Part shown: positions 1 to 11,800 of the stretch, one piece after another
Layout of the letters: each line of letters begins with the position of its first letter
Numbering within the stretch: position 1 is the stretch's first letter
Assembly (NCBI GenBank): GCA_951804945.1
Contig: OX638153.1
Location: 20,584,001 to 20,648,000, forward strand
Direction of reading: 5' to 3'
Length of the DNA stretch: 64,000 nt
Source: Podarcis cretensis
Lineage: Eukaryota
The notes under the pieces: model-generated
What the model saw: the letters and a program-made list of their open reading frames with translations, nothing else
Told to the model about the DNA's origin: nothing
Databases searched by the model: none
Position numbers and translations under genes: made by a program

Positions 1-870
1 GCTATTCGGGTCATTTGGCCTCTGCTCTAATTTATTACCTATTCATTGCTCTGCAGAGATTACAGGGTACTATGTGAAAGACTTTGACTTATTGTATTTG
101 CAAAAGCCATATGCATTAGTGGGAAATGTGTGCCAAATATGTTCCATGTAAGACTTTGAAATAAATTCAAGCAACCTTCAGCTCCTGCACAATAGTTTGT
201 GAAGTTGCTGAATGAAAAACTTGTGGTTCCCAGCAAAACCACGGGTATGCAGCCATCTTTCCTAGTTTAAACAACCAATAATGCTTCCCTAAGAGTGAAA
301 AAGAACCTGACGCTTTATAGCGTTATGGTCCTGGAAAAAAAAAAGAATGAGTCTCACAGGAGCCACAAAAAACAAGCTGTCATCTGTACAGTGAGGCTTT
401 GAAGTATGTAGGGCTATTTGTTTTGCATTTACTGCTCCTCGTTGTCCATGTTCATTCTTCTCTGTGAGCTTCAGCCGCTAAGTGAAGAAAGCAGTCTGTA
501 CAAGTGAAAGCTAAAGAGCAGTAGCCAAAGTGCACCTTGTGAATGTGAAATCCAACAAGAAAGGACTGGCTTCTTAATTGTATTATCTTTAAAAACATGA
601 CTCGGAGACCACAATGCATATCCCACCTTGACATTGACCTTCATTCCTCTGTCACTACAGCACTAAGCTGCCTGATGGGATTTTGTCCTGCTCTGCCACT
701 AGTACCTGGAACTTCCTTCTAGAATACCTGTGCAGTTCACCCTTTCTTTTCCTCTTGAAAGAAAGTTGTGTATCCATCTGATCAAACTTAATTTCCGGTT
801 TATTTTTGCATTTCTGTTTCCTCTTTCTCTGTGATTTGATATGCTTCCCTCTCCTCCCACACACCTCAGT

Positions 871-968
871 TTAGATTGTAAGCTGCTCAGGGCAGGGGCC
901 TGTCCTCTGTTGTTGTTACTCAGTAAGTTCTATGAATACTGATGCCACTGCACAAATAGAAATATTAT
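871..968 (+). mobile_element. Ancient L2-type 3' tail remnant
   Basis: TTAGATTGTAAGCTGCTCAGGGCAGGG...; similar remnant at about 18840-18927. Confidence 0.45.
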
Positions 969-1421
969 CATAGAATGGTGCTGGACTATCTTTTCCTGTT
1001 TATAAACTCCCCCCTTTCCCTATTTATTAACTTGAGTTTTAGCAAAGCTTGTAGCATCCCTGATGGCTTACAGACTGCAGTCGGCGAGCTGCCAAGTGCT
1101 TTGGGCACAACCCAGTAATTTTCTTAAGGGTATGCAGAATTTGTGTATTAGTCCTATTAAGAGTTTCAGACCAGTTGCCTTTGACAAGGGCAAACAAGGA
1201 GGTTTTCATGTTAGCGGGTTTTACAGCCACCGAGAACTGAAACGGGGGATCAGCAGGTGTCAGATTTGTGGCTGAAGTGACTCACTTCAGGCGGTATGAT
1301 CTGGCAACATATAAAGTAGATGAACTGCGTTGTCATGCCCAGTGGTGCTGCCCACACCACCAAGGGGATTGTGCTGGGTGGCAATGCCCCACACAGTTTT
1401 GCTAGTCTGTGCATTTGATTA

Positions 1422-1672
1422 CAGTCATACCCGGGTTACAGCCGCTTCAGGTTGTGTCTTTTTGGATTGCGGACCGCCGAAACCCAAAAGTACCGGAACG
1501 GGTTACTTCCGGGTTTTGGTGGTCACGCATGCGCAGAAGCACTAAATTAAACTTTGTGCATGCGCAGAAGCACTGAATCACAACCCATGTGTGCGCAGAC
1601 GCGGGTTGCGAATGCTGTGGGTTGCGAACGTGTATCCCGCACGGATCATGTTCGCAACCCAAGCGTCCACTG
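1422..1672. mobile_element. Tc1/pogo (Tigger-like) MITE
   Basis: TA|CAGT...CACTG|TA termini with imperfect TIRs; CpG-rich; internal GCATGCGCAGAAGCACT duplication. Confidence 0.75.
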
Positions 1673-1940
1673 TATTTATCTCAAACATTTATTTATTTAA
1701 TCAATTTACAACATTTATATGCCACCCAATAACGTAAGTCCTTTGGACAGCTTCTAATAAAAAGTAAGACAAATATGTATAAAAAGTGATAATTGATACA
1801 TAACTGCAGTATAAAATCTGACATCAGAAAACCAGCAATAGAAACCAAAACAATGAAGCTCATAGCAGCACTCAAATATCATAGATCTTAAAATGCAAGG
1901 GAAACCTCAAAGATCTGAAACTCATTAAAATATTGTAAAG

Positions 1941-2078
1941 CAGGGCTTTTCCCCCAGTTGGAACTCACCCGAACTCTGTTCTGGCAACTCTCAGGTGTGT
2001 GCCATTCCTATTATAAGAGAACAAGGCAGGTATTCATGGTGAGTTCTGGCACCTCTTTTTCTAGAAAAAACCCCGCTG
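1941..2078. mobile_element. Short MITE-like insertion within an L2 remnant
   Basis: CAGGGCTTT...AAACCCCGCTG ends; internal GAACTCAC/GTGAGTTC inversion. Confidence 0.45.
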
Positions 2079-2870
2079 TAAGATCAAAAGCTTGGGTGCC
2101 AGGTGGGCCTCCTTGGAGAGGGCATTCCAGAGTTAGGGTGCCACCAGCTTCCAGAAGGCACTACTGGACCTCACTGGTATTCCCAACTTGTACTCAAGGT
2201 GGTTTGTGGTATGTTTCAAAGTACAATAAAAAAGAGTTACAGGGAGGATCAAAAGAGTTTATAAGCCTCCCCCACAATCTTTTCTTGTACTAACTGCCAC
2301 TCTGCTGCTGAATCCATGGGCCACAGTAGGTCTCAGAGGGAATGACCCCAGCTTTAAAATGGCTCCAGGAGCAGACAGAGATATTACAAGAGTGGCATAT
2401 TGTGAAGCCATAGGGAAGTCCTCGCTGCACTGCTAGGGTAATTTGAGATACCTGATTTGAGACTGGAGGACGAAATATGAGGACGACCTAGGACAACTGG
2501 GAGGCTGTACATCCCCTGCTGTCCACAAATGTCAATAAGGCAAGTGGGCGACCAACCAGGCCTCATCCATCAGCCAAAGAAGGAGTTCAGCTCCAACTGC
2601 TAGTTCCCTTGAAAATTCAGGAGCAAAGGCAGTGGGGGGGGGCACTCTGGCCCCACCCACATGCCAACGGAATAAGAACCTCCAACTGCTCTTCAAGCAA
2701 GAACTAAGCAAGGGAAGATCAGCCTCACCGCAGTGGAATATAATCACCCACTTGTAGTTGACCACTTTGTTTTGGCCTTGAAGAACCGATCTCCCTCCTC
2801 TGCCTCTTTCCTTCCACTCCCCTTTCCTTCTGCCACTTGCCTTTTTACTTTATAAGCCTGATGGCAGGTT

Positions 2871-3438
2871 TGTTGTTGTTGTTGTTTAGTCGTTTAGTCG
2901 TGTCCGACTCTTCGTGACCCCATGGACCAGAGAACGCCAGGCACTCCTGTCCTCCACTGCCCCCCGCAGCTTGGTCAGACTCATGCTGGTAACCTCGAAA
3001 ACACTATCCAACCATCTCGTCCTCTGTCGCCCCCTTCTCCTTGTGCCCTCCATCTTTCCCAACATCAGGGTCTTCTCCAGGGAGTCTTCTCTTCTCATGA
3101 GGTGGCCAAAGTACTGGAGCCTCAGCTTCACAATCTGTCCTTCCAGTGAGCACTCAGGGCTGATTTCCTTCAGAATGGAGAGGTTTGATCTTCTTGCAGT
3201 CCATGGGACTCTCAAGAGTCTCTTCCGGCACCATAATTCAAAAGCATCAATTCTTCGGCGATCAGCCTTCTTTATGGTCCAGCTCTCACTTCCATACATC
3301 ACTACTGGGAAAACCATAGCTTTAACTATATGGACCTTTGTTGGCAAGGTGATGTCTCTACTTCTCAAGATGCTGTCTAGGCCTGTCATTGCCCTTCTCC
3401 CAAGAAGCAGGCGTCTTTTAATTTCGTGGCTGCTGTCA
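2871..3438 (-). mobile_element. 5'-truncated RTE-BovB LINE (RT C-terminus + (CAA)n tail)
   Basis: Uninterrupted frame ...VKAMVFPVVMYGSESWTIKKADRRRIDAFELWC...LRLQYFGHLMRREDSLEKTLMLGK...; tail (CAA)n; TSD TGGCAGGTT at 2862-2870 and 3461-3469. Confidence 0.95.
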
Positions 3439-5229
3439 GGTTACCTGCTGAGAGGTAACCTGGCAGGTTACCTCTCTCTTTTTTTATGTTAGCCATTTTG
3501 GGAGGGAACAATTGCCTTAAAGTAGGGTGAAAATAGTTAGTAAATAAGCAATGTTGATTAGGGTGTTTTGAAGAAGGCTGCAGCACAGGAGACATGCGCA
3601 GAAAAGGTTTGCTACGACTCTACACTATGTTTCATCAGTCTTGGTTTAATCTGTACAATGGTCTATTATTTTATTTGAGTTTGTATTTCACGCTATCCTA
3701 GAGGATAGGTTATATAACACATTACCTAAGATGAAGAAAGAAGCAAAAAACATGAGGCCCATTTCAATGGTGAGAACCTTCAGGCAGATGATCCAGTGTT
3801 TCCACAAAACTTCATGTGTTCAGAAAGCTTCCCTGTTTTCTTTTATAAACCACTGAACAGCAAATCCCTTGTATGTGTGGCTTCTTTCTCCAGTCATAGA
3901 AGAGAATGTGAGTATTTCTAATTGTACTGTATCAGACCAAGCTAAGATGTATAAAATTTTAGAAATTACCTAGAGATTATTGAAAAATGTTTCTCTGAAC
4001 CTTGGAATTCTGTTGTGGTGAAAGCCTTTGCAGAACAATGTACATTATATATTTTTCTCTCCCTCTGCTGGACCACTGCATCCAATACACCAGTGAATTG
4101 TAATCTTCCTTGGATGAACGAATCCCCAGGTGTCTTGATAATAATTACGACATGTTGCACCATCTGTTGAGATCAAAACTCGCTTAACTCTCCTCATCCT
4201 TCTTTAGGACTGTTTAGATTTCTCTGCGATTTGTGTATTGTTTTCTTCTTTTTTGAGAGCTGCTTGACAGATCTCTTACTGTTATCTATGCCTGTGATCT
4301 TTGCAAAAGAGAGGGGGGAGAATTCCTGTCTAGGAAATGAATCTTGGGATTAATGCAGCCCCATTGCAGAGGATAATTTTTCTGGAATTCAGCTACAGGA
4401 TCTCCACTGTATGGGTAGACAAGATGGATGCGGAGATAGAACTACACATTGTTTTTAAATGGCTGAGGAGAAGTAGCTGGAGACAGGAAAAATGTGATGC
4501 CTGTCAGGCTTGTAAGAAGCAAAAGCTTGGGTGTATTAAATGGAATATTATTCTGCAGTGATTGCTTTTTCAAGAACAAATCTTAGGTAATAGGTAGATG
4601 CGGTCTATGTTAAAGGATGTAGGCACTGTCAGGGAAGTCATAGAAAGCAAGGTTCTGCCTCAGCTCATTACATCTCCTCGCTGTCTCCTGATTAAATGAA
4701 AGCACGTTTTAGATACAGTAACTTTGGCCTGGGTATTTGTGGCATTGTTGTGCATGTAATGGTTTTAATAAATTTCATTTGCCGAACCAAACAGAGGCAC
4801 TCACCAGCAGACTGAATGATGGCTGGAGTGTGTTAACTCTTCAGGAATCAACTCTCTGAAACAAGGAAGAGAGAGAGACAGAGTTGTATTAGGATGTGCA
4901 GAGTAGAAGTGGTTCCCTCTGCCCTCATATTTACACAGGATTATAATATGCGCAGTGTGCACTGGGTAACTGAGTAGTAATATTTGCACTGTTAATATGT
5001 TAATAAAAAAAAAAATCCAATTTGCATTGATTTAAACATTTTCTTGCCCATTCCCTAGCCACTTAAAGGCATTTTGAACAAAAAGATCTTACATGAAGTA
5101 ATGGGGGGAAGTGGGTGTGCAGAAAGAGAAAAGAGGTTGGCTCCACCCATTTGAGCTCTGGCCCTGCCCACTTTTACCTCCACCTCCACTGGCATGCTGT
5201 CCCCGACAGATTACCTCGCCCATGATCTA

Positions 5230-5365
5230 GGCCAGTCTTATGTATTGTGGTGGGAGAATGGGGAGGAGTTGATGCTTTAGGTATGCTGGACTCGAGCCAT
5301 TTAGTGTTTTATAGATAATCATGAGCATCTTAAATTTTGTCCAGAAAACAATAGGGAGCCAAGAG
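5230..5365 (-). mobile_element. Old L2 ORF C-terminal fragment
   Basis: WLPIVFWTKFKMLMIIYKTLNGSSPAYLKHQL resembles WLPVRFRAQFKVLVLTFKALNGLGPVYLKERL. Confidence 0.7.
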
Positions 5366-5626
5366 CCAATAACTGCCCAATCTCTAATTTCCATACTCAC
5401 ATGCCATAATTCAATGCTTTCAGTCTTCCAGCACATAATATGGGGAGGGTCTGGACCTTGCACTAGTCTCTAGTAGTCAAGAGAAAGCAGGCCAGTTGGT
5501 TTCAAGTGTCAGTGAATCAGTGTATCCCAGAAGGCCTTGTGACATCATAGAGACTGATGGGTGACACTTCTCAGATGCATGCAAGTGTGTCTGGTCCAAG
5601 GGTTAATCCCCATCATCTTTTATGAC

Positions 5627-5748
5627 AGGGATGAGGAACCTGAGGCCCTCTAGATTACAACTCCCATCATCCTGACTATTTGCAATGCTGGCTGGAGTTG
5701 ATGGGCATTTGAGTCCAGCATCTGGTGAACCATAGGTTCTCCAATCCT
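5627..5748. mobile_element. Palindromic hAT-type MITE remnant
   Basis: ACAACTCCCATCATCC...GATGGGCATTTGAGTCC; same family core as 38430-38711 and about 37410-37530. Confidence 0.5.
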
Positions 5749-6592
5749 ACTTCATGACTTGGCAAGGGATTCTGGAAATTAGTTTTTGGTGCTATAGCCA
5801 TATGAAGAAGCAGAATATTTTGGCCTGGTTCTGCCTGCCTGTTGTCTTCCAAAGGAAATGAGGGACAATGGGATGAGGCACCCACTGGATCAAATTACTT
5901 TCTGAACTGGTAGAGTTGTTTTATTAAAATGGGATCCTTAGAGTTTGCATAGCGAGAAGTTTTGATTTTCCTAAAAGGATCAAGTGCTCACTTTAGAGGA
6001 GCGGTTGTAATTTTGCAGGAGTTAAATATCTGACCCATAAATTGTTAGCACTGGGTCGCAGTTAGTGAACTCCCTTTCAAGAGTTAATTTTATTTCACAG
6101 CTCTGGGGAAAAGTACATTTATCTCAGGTTGGTTGGCCTGCTCTGTATCACTGCTTTGTTGCATTTTGCCCTTTGAGGTGAGAACCAAAGTACTTTTGGA
6201 ATGCTGTGCTGTAATTTTGAATCATATCCCCCCTTGGAATAATTGCAGCATTTATAGCTAAAACCCAAGAGATGTGCTGTTGAAAAGGAAATGAACATTT
6301 TTCTGTAGAAGAAACTGCTTAAAAGAAATCAGTAGACTATTTGCTCACATCCATACCTTGTTGCCTTTGTTCCTCCTCATTATCAAACTTTACACTGTCA
6401 GTCCTTGGGGCCACACTTATGCATCATGCTAATGGATAGTGCTGCATAAAATCATGAATACCAGTAGTCCAAAATAGTATTTCTGCAGCTCATTCTTCCC
6501 ATTATTGCAGAAGGATTAACTGATATTACTTCATTTATTTATTCACTTTCTATGCCACCCTTCACTCGAAGATCACAGGGCAGTTTACAATA

Positions 6593-6744
6593 CAGGTAAT
6601 GACCGATTTACGTGCATTAGTTTTGTGCGCGACTGCACACGCATGCATAGTAGTGATCTGGAAGTGGCCAGAAAAGAGGGCAGATTGGGAGTGGGAGCAT
6701 GGCAGGGGCATAATTTAACCGCTGTGCAAATCAGGGATTGCCTG
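6593..6744. mobile_element. Tc1/mariner-type MITE
   Basis: TA TSD; TIRs CAGGTAATGACCGATTT and AAATCAGGGATTGCCTG; inserted into an L2-like tail remnant. Confidence 0.65.
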
Positions 6745-7110
6745 TATTAAAAACATAAAAATACGTAACATAGAATCAAACAAAAATAATAACCTACATA
6801 CACACTGTATTTTATTGTATTTATTTATTTAAAGTCATTTGGTGCCAGTCTAAAAGACTCAGTTTACCTTAGTGCTATGTCTGTATTGGTATTAGGTTTG
6901 TGCTTGTGTTGGGTGCTACTGAGCCTGATCTGAAAACAGTATTGAGGGATGCTCTAGGAATAGCTTCTTCCTTAGCCTCCTTACTGCGCTACAACAGTAG
7001 CCTGCTATGAATTACCATTTCCTCTCCCTCCACGTACAGAAGTGAATGAATGTCCTGTTTTGTTCCCTGGTTCCCATGATTCTAATTAATATAAATACTT
7101 CCTCTTTCTT

Positions 7111-7134
7111 GCAGCAGCAGCAGCAGCAGCAGCA
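7111..7134. repeat. (CAG)n microsatellite
   Basis: Read directly. Confidence 0.95.
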
Positions 7135-8528
7135 ATCAGGCATCACTTTTTGCAACTTGTTTCTATCCATTTTCTTTATCAGTGGTCCTTGTTCCTTCCA
7201 TCCCATCTGCTTTTCCTTGACCATCTGTCAAGACTGAACACATGATCCTGCCTTGCACTGGGTCAGAATGTTGGCCTACCTAGCTCTCCAAGGGGAGCTC
7301 TCCAAGGTCTCAAGCATAGGTCTTTCCAGGCCTGCTATCCAAAGTTCTTTTACCGGAGGTGATGGGGATTGAAACTAAAACCTTATGCATGCGAAGAATA
7401 TGCTCTGTTACAGAGCTGCAGACCTTTCCCAAGATTCTCTCTTGACACCGTTTTAAAGTGAATCCATATGCCATTTTGGATAGGAATTAAGCTCGGTCTT
7501 ATATGGATTGCACAAACTGCAGTTCTAAACCAAGCAAAACCGACGTCCATAATCAGTATCATACATGAATATAACAAGGGGAAAAGCTGTAATAAGCCAG
7601 GAAGAGAGGAGGGAGGAAGCCTAGAAGATTTCTATATCAAATTACTGTGAATTTTCATGCCAGGATGTGAACTGAGTGCATTCAGAGTGGAGGGGATGTT
7701 CAGCTGACCTTTTCAGCTGTTTTGAAATGGACTTCGCCAGTGACAGGGAAGTACTGGAAAAATTAGCTGTGGCAAAGAGGCACACTTTGCCTGTGGGTAG
7801 GGTTAATAGGCCAGCAAAGCCAGCCTACTGCCTGTCAGAGTGGATTACAAATCAAACTGTGGCTCATGGATTCTATTTACTTCTTTTAAACCATCATTTA
7901 TAACATGCATTTTCTTTGCAGTACAGCTCAAGAGTGTGATGGTGCTGTTGGCTTGGCTGTGGTATTTTTTGACATGGGTTTGGTTGTTGCAAGCTAGAGA
8001 AAGTTTGAAAAAGTTTTGGTAGGGTCAGGAGAAAAGAGACAATCAGAGGAAAGCAAACAAGATCAACTGTAGTAGACCTGTGACCGGGGCTAGTTTGTCA
8101 AATATTAACACAGTGCATGCACCCAAACTGTGATATGCACACACACTTTAAGTTGTTGATCTAATCTGGGAGTAAAGCACCAAAGACTCAAGACCATAAC
8201 TGAGTATAACCTACTCCTTCCTAAATCAGAATCTGAGACTTTTAGAAATCTCTTCTCCCCTGGAAATCTGTTGCTGTTCAGATTTGTGATGGCTAAGACA
8301 GGCCAGCAAAATGTGGAATTCACCAAGCTAAATGTAACTCACTATTCACATATAATGTCCCACCAGGAGATGCACGAATCTGTCTGTGACTGAAAAAAAA
8401 TTGCTTTTGTTGTGTGCCTAAACACTGATGCAAAGGTGATGGTGGGGTGCATATGTAAACATGCCACCAACCTGGCAATATTCAGGTTGCTCTATCTGCA
8501 CTTCCACCTTTTCATTCCAAGCCTCCAG

Positions 8529-8852
8529 TTTAAAGGCTTTGGCCCTGTATGCCTGAAGGAGCATCTCCACCCCCATCATTCAGCCCGGACACTGAGGTCC
8601 AGCTCCGAGGGCCTTCTGGCAGTCCCTCATTGCAAGAAGTGAGGTTACAGGGAACCAGGCAGTGGGCCTTCACGCCTGCCCTGTGGAATGCCCTCCTGTC
8701 AGATGTCAAGGAAAGAAAAAACTATCTGAGGAGGTTTTTAATCTTTGATCTTTTACTGAGGTTTTATAATTTGTTGGAAGCCACCCAGAGTGGGTGGAGC
8801 AATTCAGTCAGATGGGTGGCACATAACTAACTAACGAATGAACGAACGAACG
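8529..8852 (+). mobile_element. L2 3' fragment, same family as the full-length element
   Basis: Encodes GFGPVCLKEHLHPHHSARTLRSSSEGLLAVP, matching the L2 ORF C-terminus; 3' UTR stem; AACT/AACG tail. Confidence 0.88.
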
Positions 8853-11800
8853 TCTCTAGTTATCTCCCTCCGCAACAGCTTCAGTCTTGAACTCCGTCTT
8901 CCTTTAATATGCTTTCCCCCTGGTGGAGTACACCATCGAACATGCTTCTGCTCCTGAATGCTCCTGTATTCTGCTTGCAGGATTCCCAAAGGCATCCATT
9001 TAACCAATTTTTAAGAACAGAGTGCTGGACTAGATGGCGCATTGGCCTGATCCAACAGGTACTTCTTAGATATGTAATATGTAGGGGGCTGCTCTAACCA
9101 CTTACCCTTTTCAGTTTACCAAGGTTAGCTTCAGGTAGAGGTGTGCCTGGGCAACTCAATTTTCCTTTTGTAAAGTTCTGGTCCTGGTAGATGAAAAAAG
9201 CTATAAAGAATTTTTTTTTTTTTTTGAGGCAGGCATGTATTAGATTAGTCAGAGGACTGGGTTTGATGGTTGTGTGTGTGCTTCCAGTGTAACATCTGAA
9301 GGAAGAACTCATACATCTCTGACAAAAGATGCTCACCTCTTCTCACCCCAAGATAATGGAACATGTAAACATCAGTGGGTGCATCTCTCCCTGTGAATTT
9401 GCCCTATTTTTGGGGGGGAAATGAAACAAAATCCCTGCATGTCAAAAATACTACCACATGACAGGGAGAGAGAGGTTTACTGTAGCATTTTCCTCAATTT
9501 GCCAATTTACTTCATCATGGAGCTTTTTATGTGGGGGAGCAAAATATGAACTCCCCTGCTTTCTGCATCTTTAAGTCGTACAGTCTAGGATTCTGCTATC
9601 ACAGTCTACCACCTCATTCTGAATAATGTATAGATTTGGATCTAAATGTTGATTGGGTTAAGTGTCTCCATAAAAGCCATTTTGTGTTGTCATAGCACAA
9701 TTGAGAGCATTTGCCCAAACACTAACATAAATGGTCTGGTGTTATAACTGGCACCTTATTGTGGTTAAACTTTAGTTCTTGAGAGCGGTTAAATATTTGG
9801 AGTGATATAACTAGGCTTATTAATTTAATGATGCCCCTGTGGTACGCCTTGTACAATCATCATTTATAGCAATCAGGAAATGGGTCACTGTGCAATTAGT
9901 GACATATATACAGAGACGAGCAATTCTATAAATGAAGCAGAAGTAGTAATTTCCTATCCTGAAAGGCTAGGCCTTTTGTTCGACAATTTTCTGTGCAACT
10001 GCTTTGCAGCTTATTGATATAGGAATCACTCATTGTTAATGAGAGGAAAACATGTAATTTATATTGAATCCCTGAAGAATATAATCATTAATATCTCCCA
10101 TTTCTATATTATAGCTTTAATAGCAGAGCTAAGGCTGCTGCCCGATTATACTTTTGCAGATCACTCATGTTTCGGAAGCTTGCTCTAAAATAAATACAAA
10201 GTGTATTTTGAGCACTCGTGGGCATGACAGGCTAGATATAGACACAAGTGGGAGTCCACAGGATCTGGATGGATGTCTGAGGGTGGCACACTCAGGAAGG
10301 AGCTGCAGGACCCTGGACAGCTCCAAACAGATAATTTGCTTGGTCTAGAGCTCAACTGAGGCCTTTTATTTCTATCAGTCCAAGCTATCCCACAGAAACT
10401 TCATCCTTTTCCTGGAGAATCTTGAAGGCGTAATCCTCTGGCACATCTCAGCCAGTCCTGACCAGGCTGGGTTCCTCCTCCTCTGTGTCAGAGTCATGAC
10501 AGCTGCTCAGGGTCAAGAGCATATATATTCAATGGACCCAAGTTGTGCATCTGCACAAGCAATCAACCCAGTCAGTTTCCCCCCAATATTTGTGTTTGAG
10601 GGAAGAAAGAGGGTTTTGGAGGTCATACAAAAGCAGCCACAAACACTGTATTACATATACAGGCCATTTTATGGGCAACTGGGCATTTGGGATGTGTTCA
10701 TTAGCTGAAGGGTGTGTGAATCCTGAAAGGTGCCCTGTAGCGTGGGATGGAGTTGCTGTTGTCTGGTTTCATGTTATTTTTTTGCTGGTCATTTTGGCTT
10801 TTCCCTGGCAGGAGCAAGGAGCAGTTCTCCTGGCAAGCAACATTCTGTACTGTACTTTTGTGTCTGTCTGTACTAGTGTCTGCCGATCATTGTCAAAGGC
10901 TTCACTGCTGCAAGTGTAGCACAATATAGATGCCTAAGATTATGGTGCTGCTCCCCTAAAAGCTTCAGTTTTCTTTCCCTCAGTCCCTGTGATCTCTCAG
11001 GTTATCCCTTTGAATATTCCTTCTATGCACCAAGTCTTTCCAGTGCACAGATTCTTAAAAGTCATGTCCACACTGCTTATTACTGGAGATAAGCCCTTAT
11101 TATGGTCCAGTTGATCTTGGTACAAAAACTATACATTATAAAATGTCATTTAAGGGGGAAACCCCCCCCCCCAAATTCTATTTAAGATAACCAAATTCTA
11201 TTTATAGTTGGTTATCATTTGGTATTCCTATCACATGCCTTCCAAGCAATCGCTGTTCCTAGGTCTTACGTAATTGTGCTCTAGAAACACTGTGTGCCAA
11301 TCAAAAGGTTAATAATTCTGCAAGGAGAGAGCAAGGACCAATCAAGGAAAGGCTCCAGACGTAGACTATTTTAAGTAATTGTGCTGCAACAGAGATGTAA
11401 TGAGATGGTGATTATAGAGCTGATCATTTGTAATGGTCTGAAGCTGAAGATTTGGCTGGTTGTTTCAGATCAATATGTGAACTCCAGCCTTCCTCATCAC
11501 TGCAGTTTCTAGCTGTGTGTGAGAACCTCTCCTCTCCAACCATTCTCTCTGCCAGTTTTCCTCCCCCTATCAGAGTCCACCCTCTGGCATTTTCTCCTTT
11601 CTGGCATTCATCTGTGCCACCTTTTCTTCCAATCCTCCTTTTCTAGGCTCCATTGCATTCTTCAGACCTCCCTTTTCATGGACTTCTTCCTTCTCTTTTC
11701 CTAGTGTAACAAAAGTTTCTTGGCCTATGTTTTACTTGATAAGAAGTCAATGAGATATAACTTTGTATTTCAAAGAGTTAATTATTAAAAATGCTTTTAA

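Noticed and set aside
2440-2770. Protein-looking minus-strand ORF 2532-2765
   Set aside because: No ATG start, splice signals or recognisable family.
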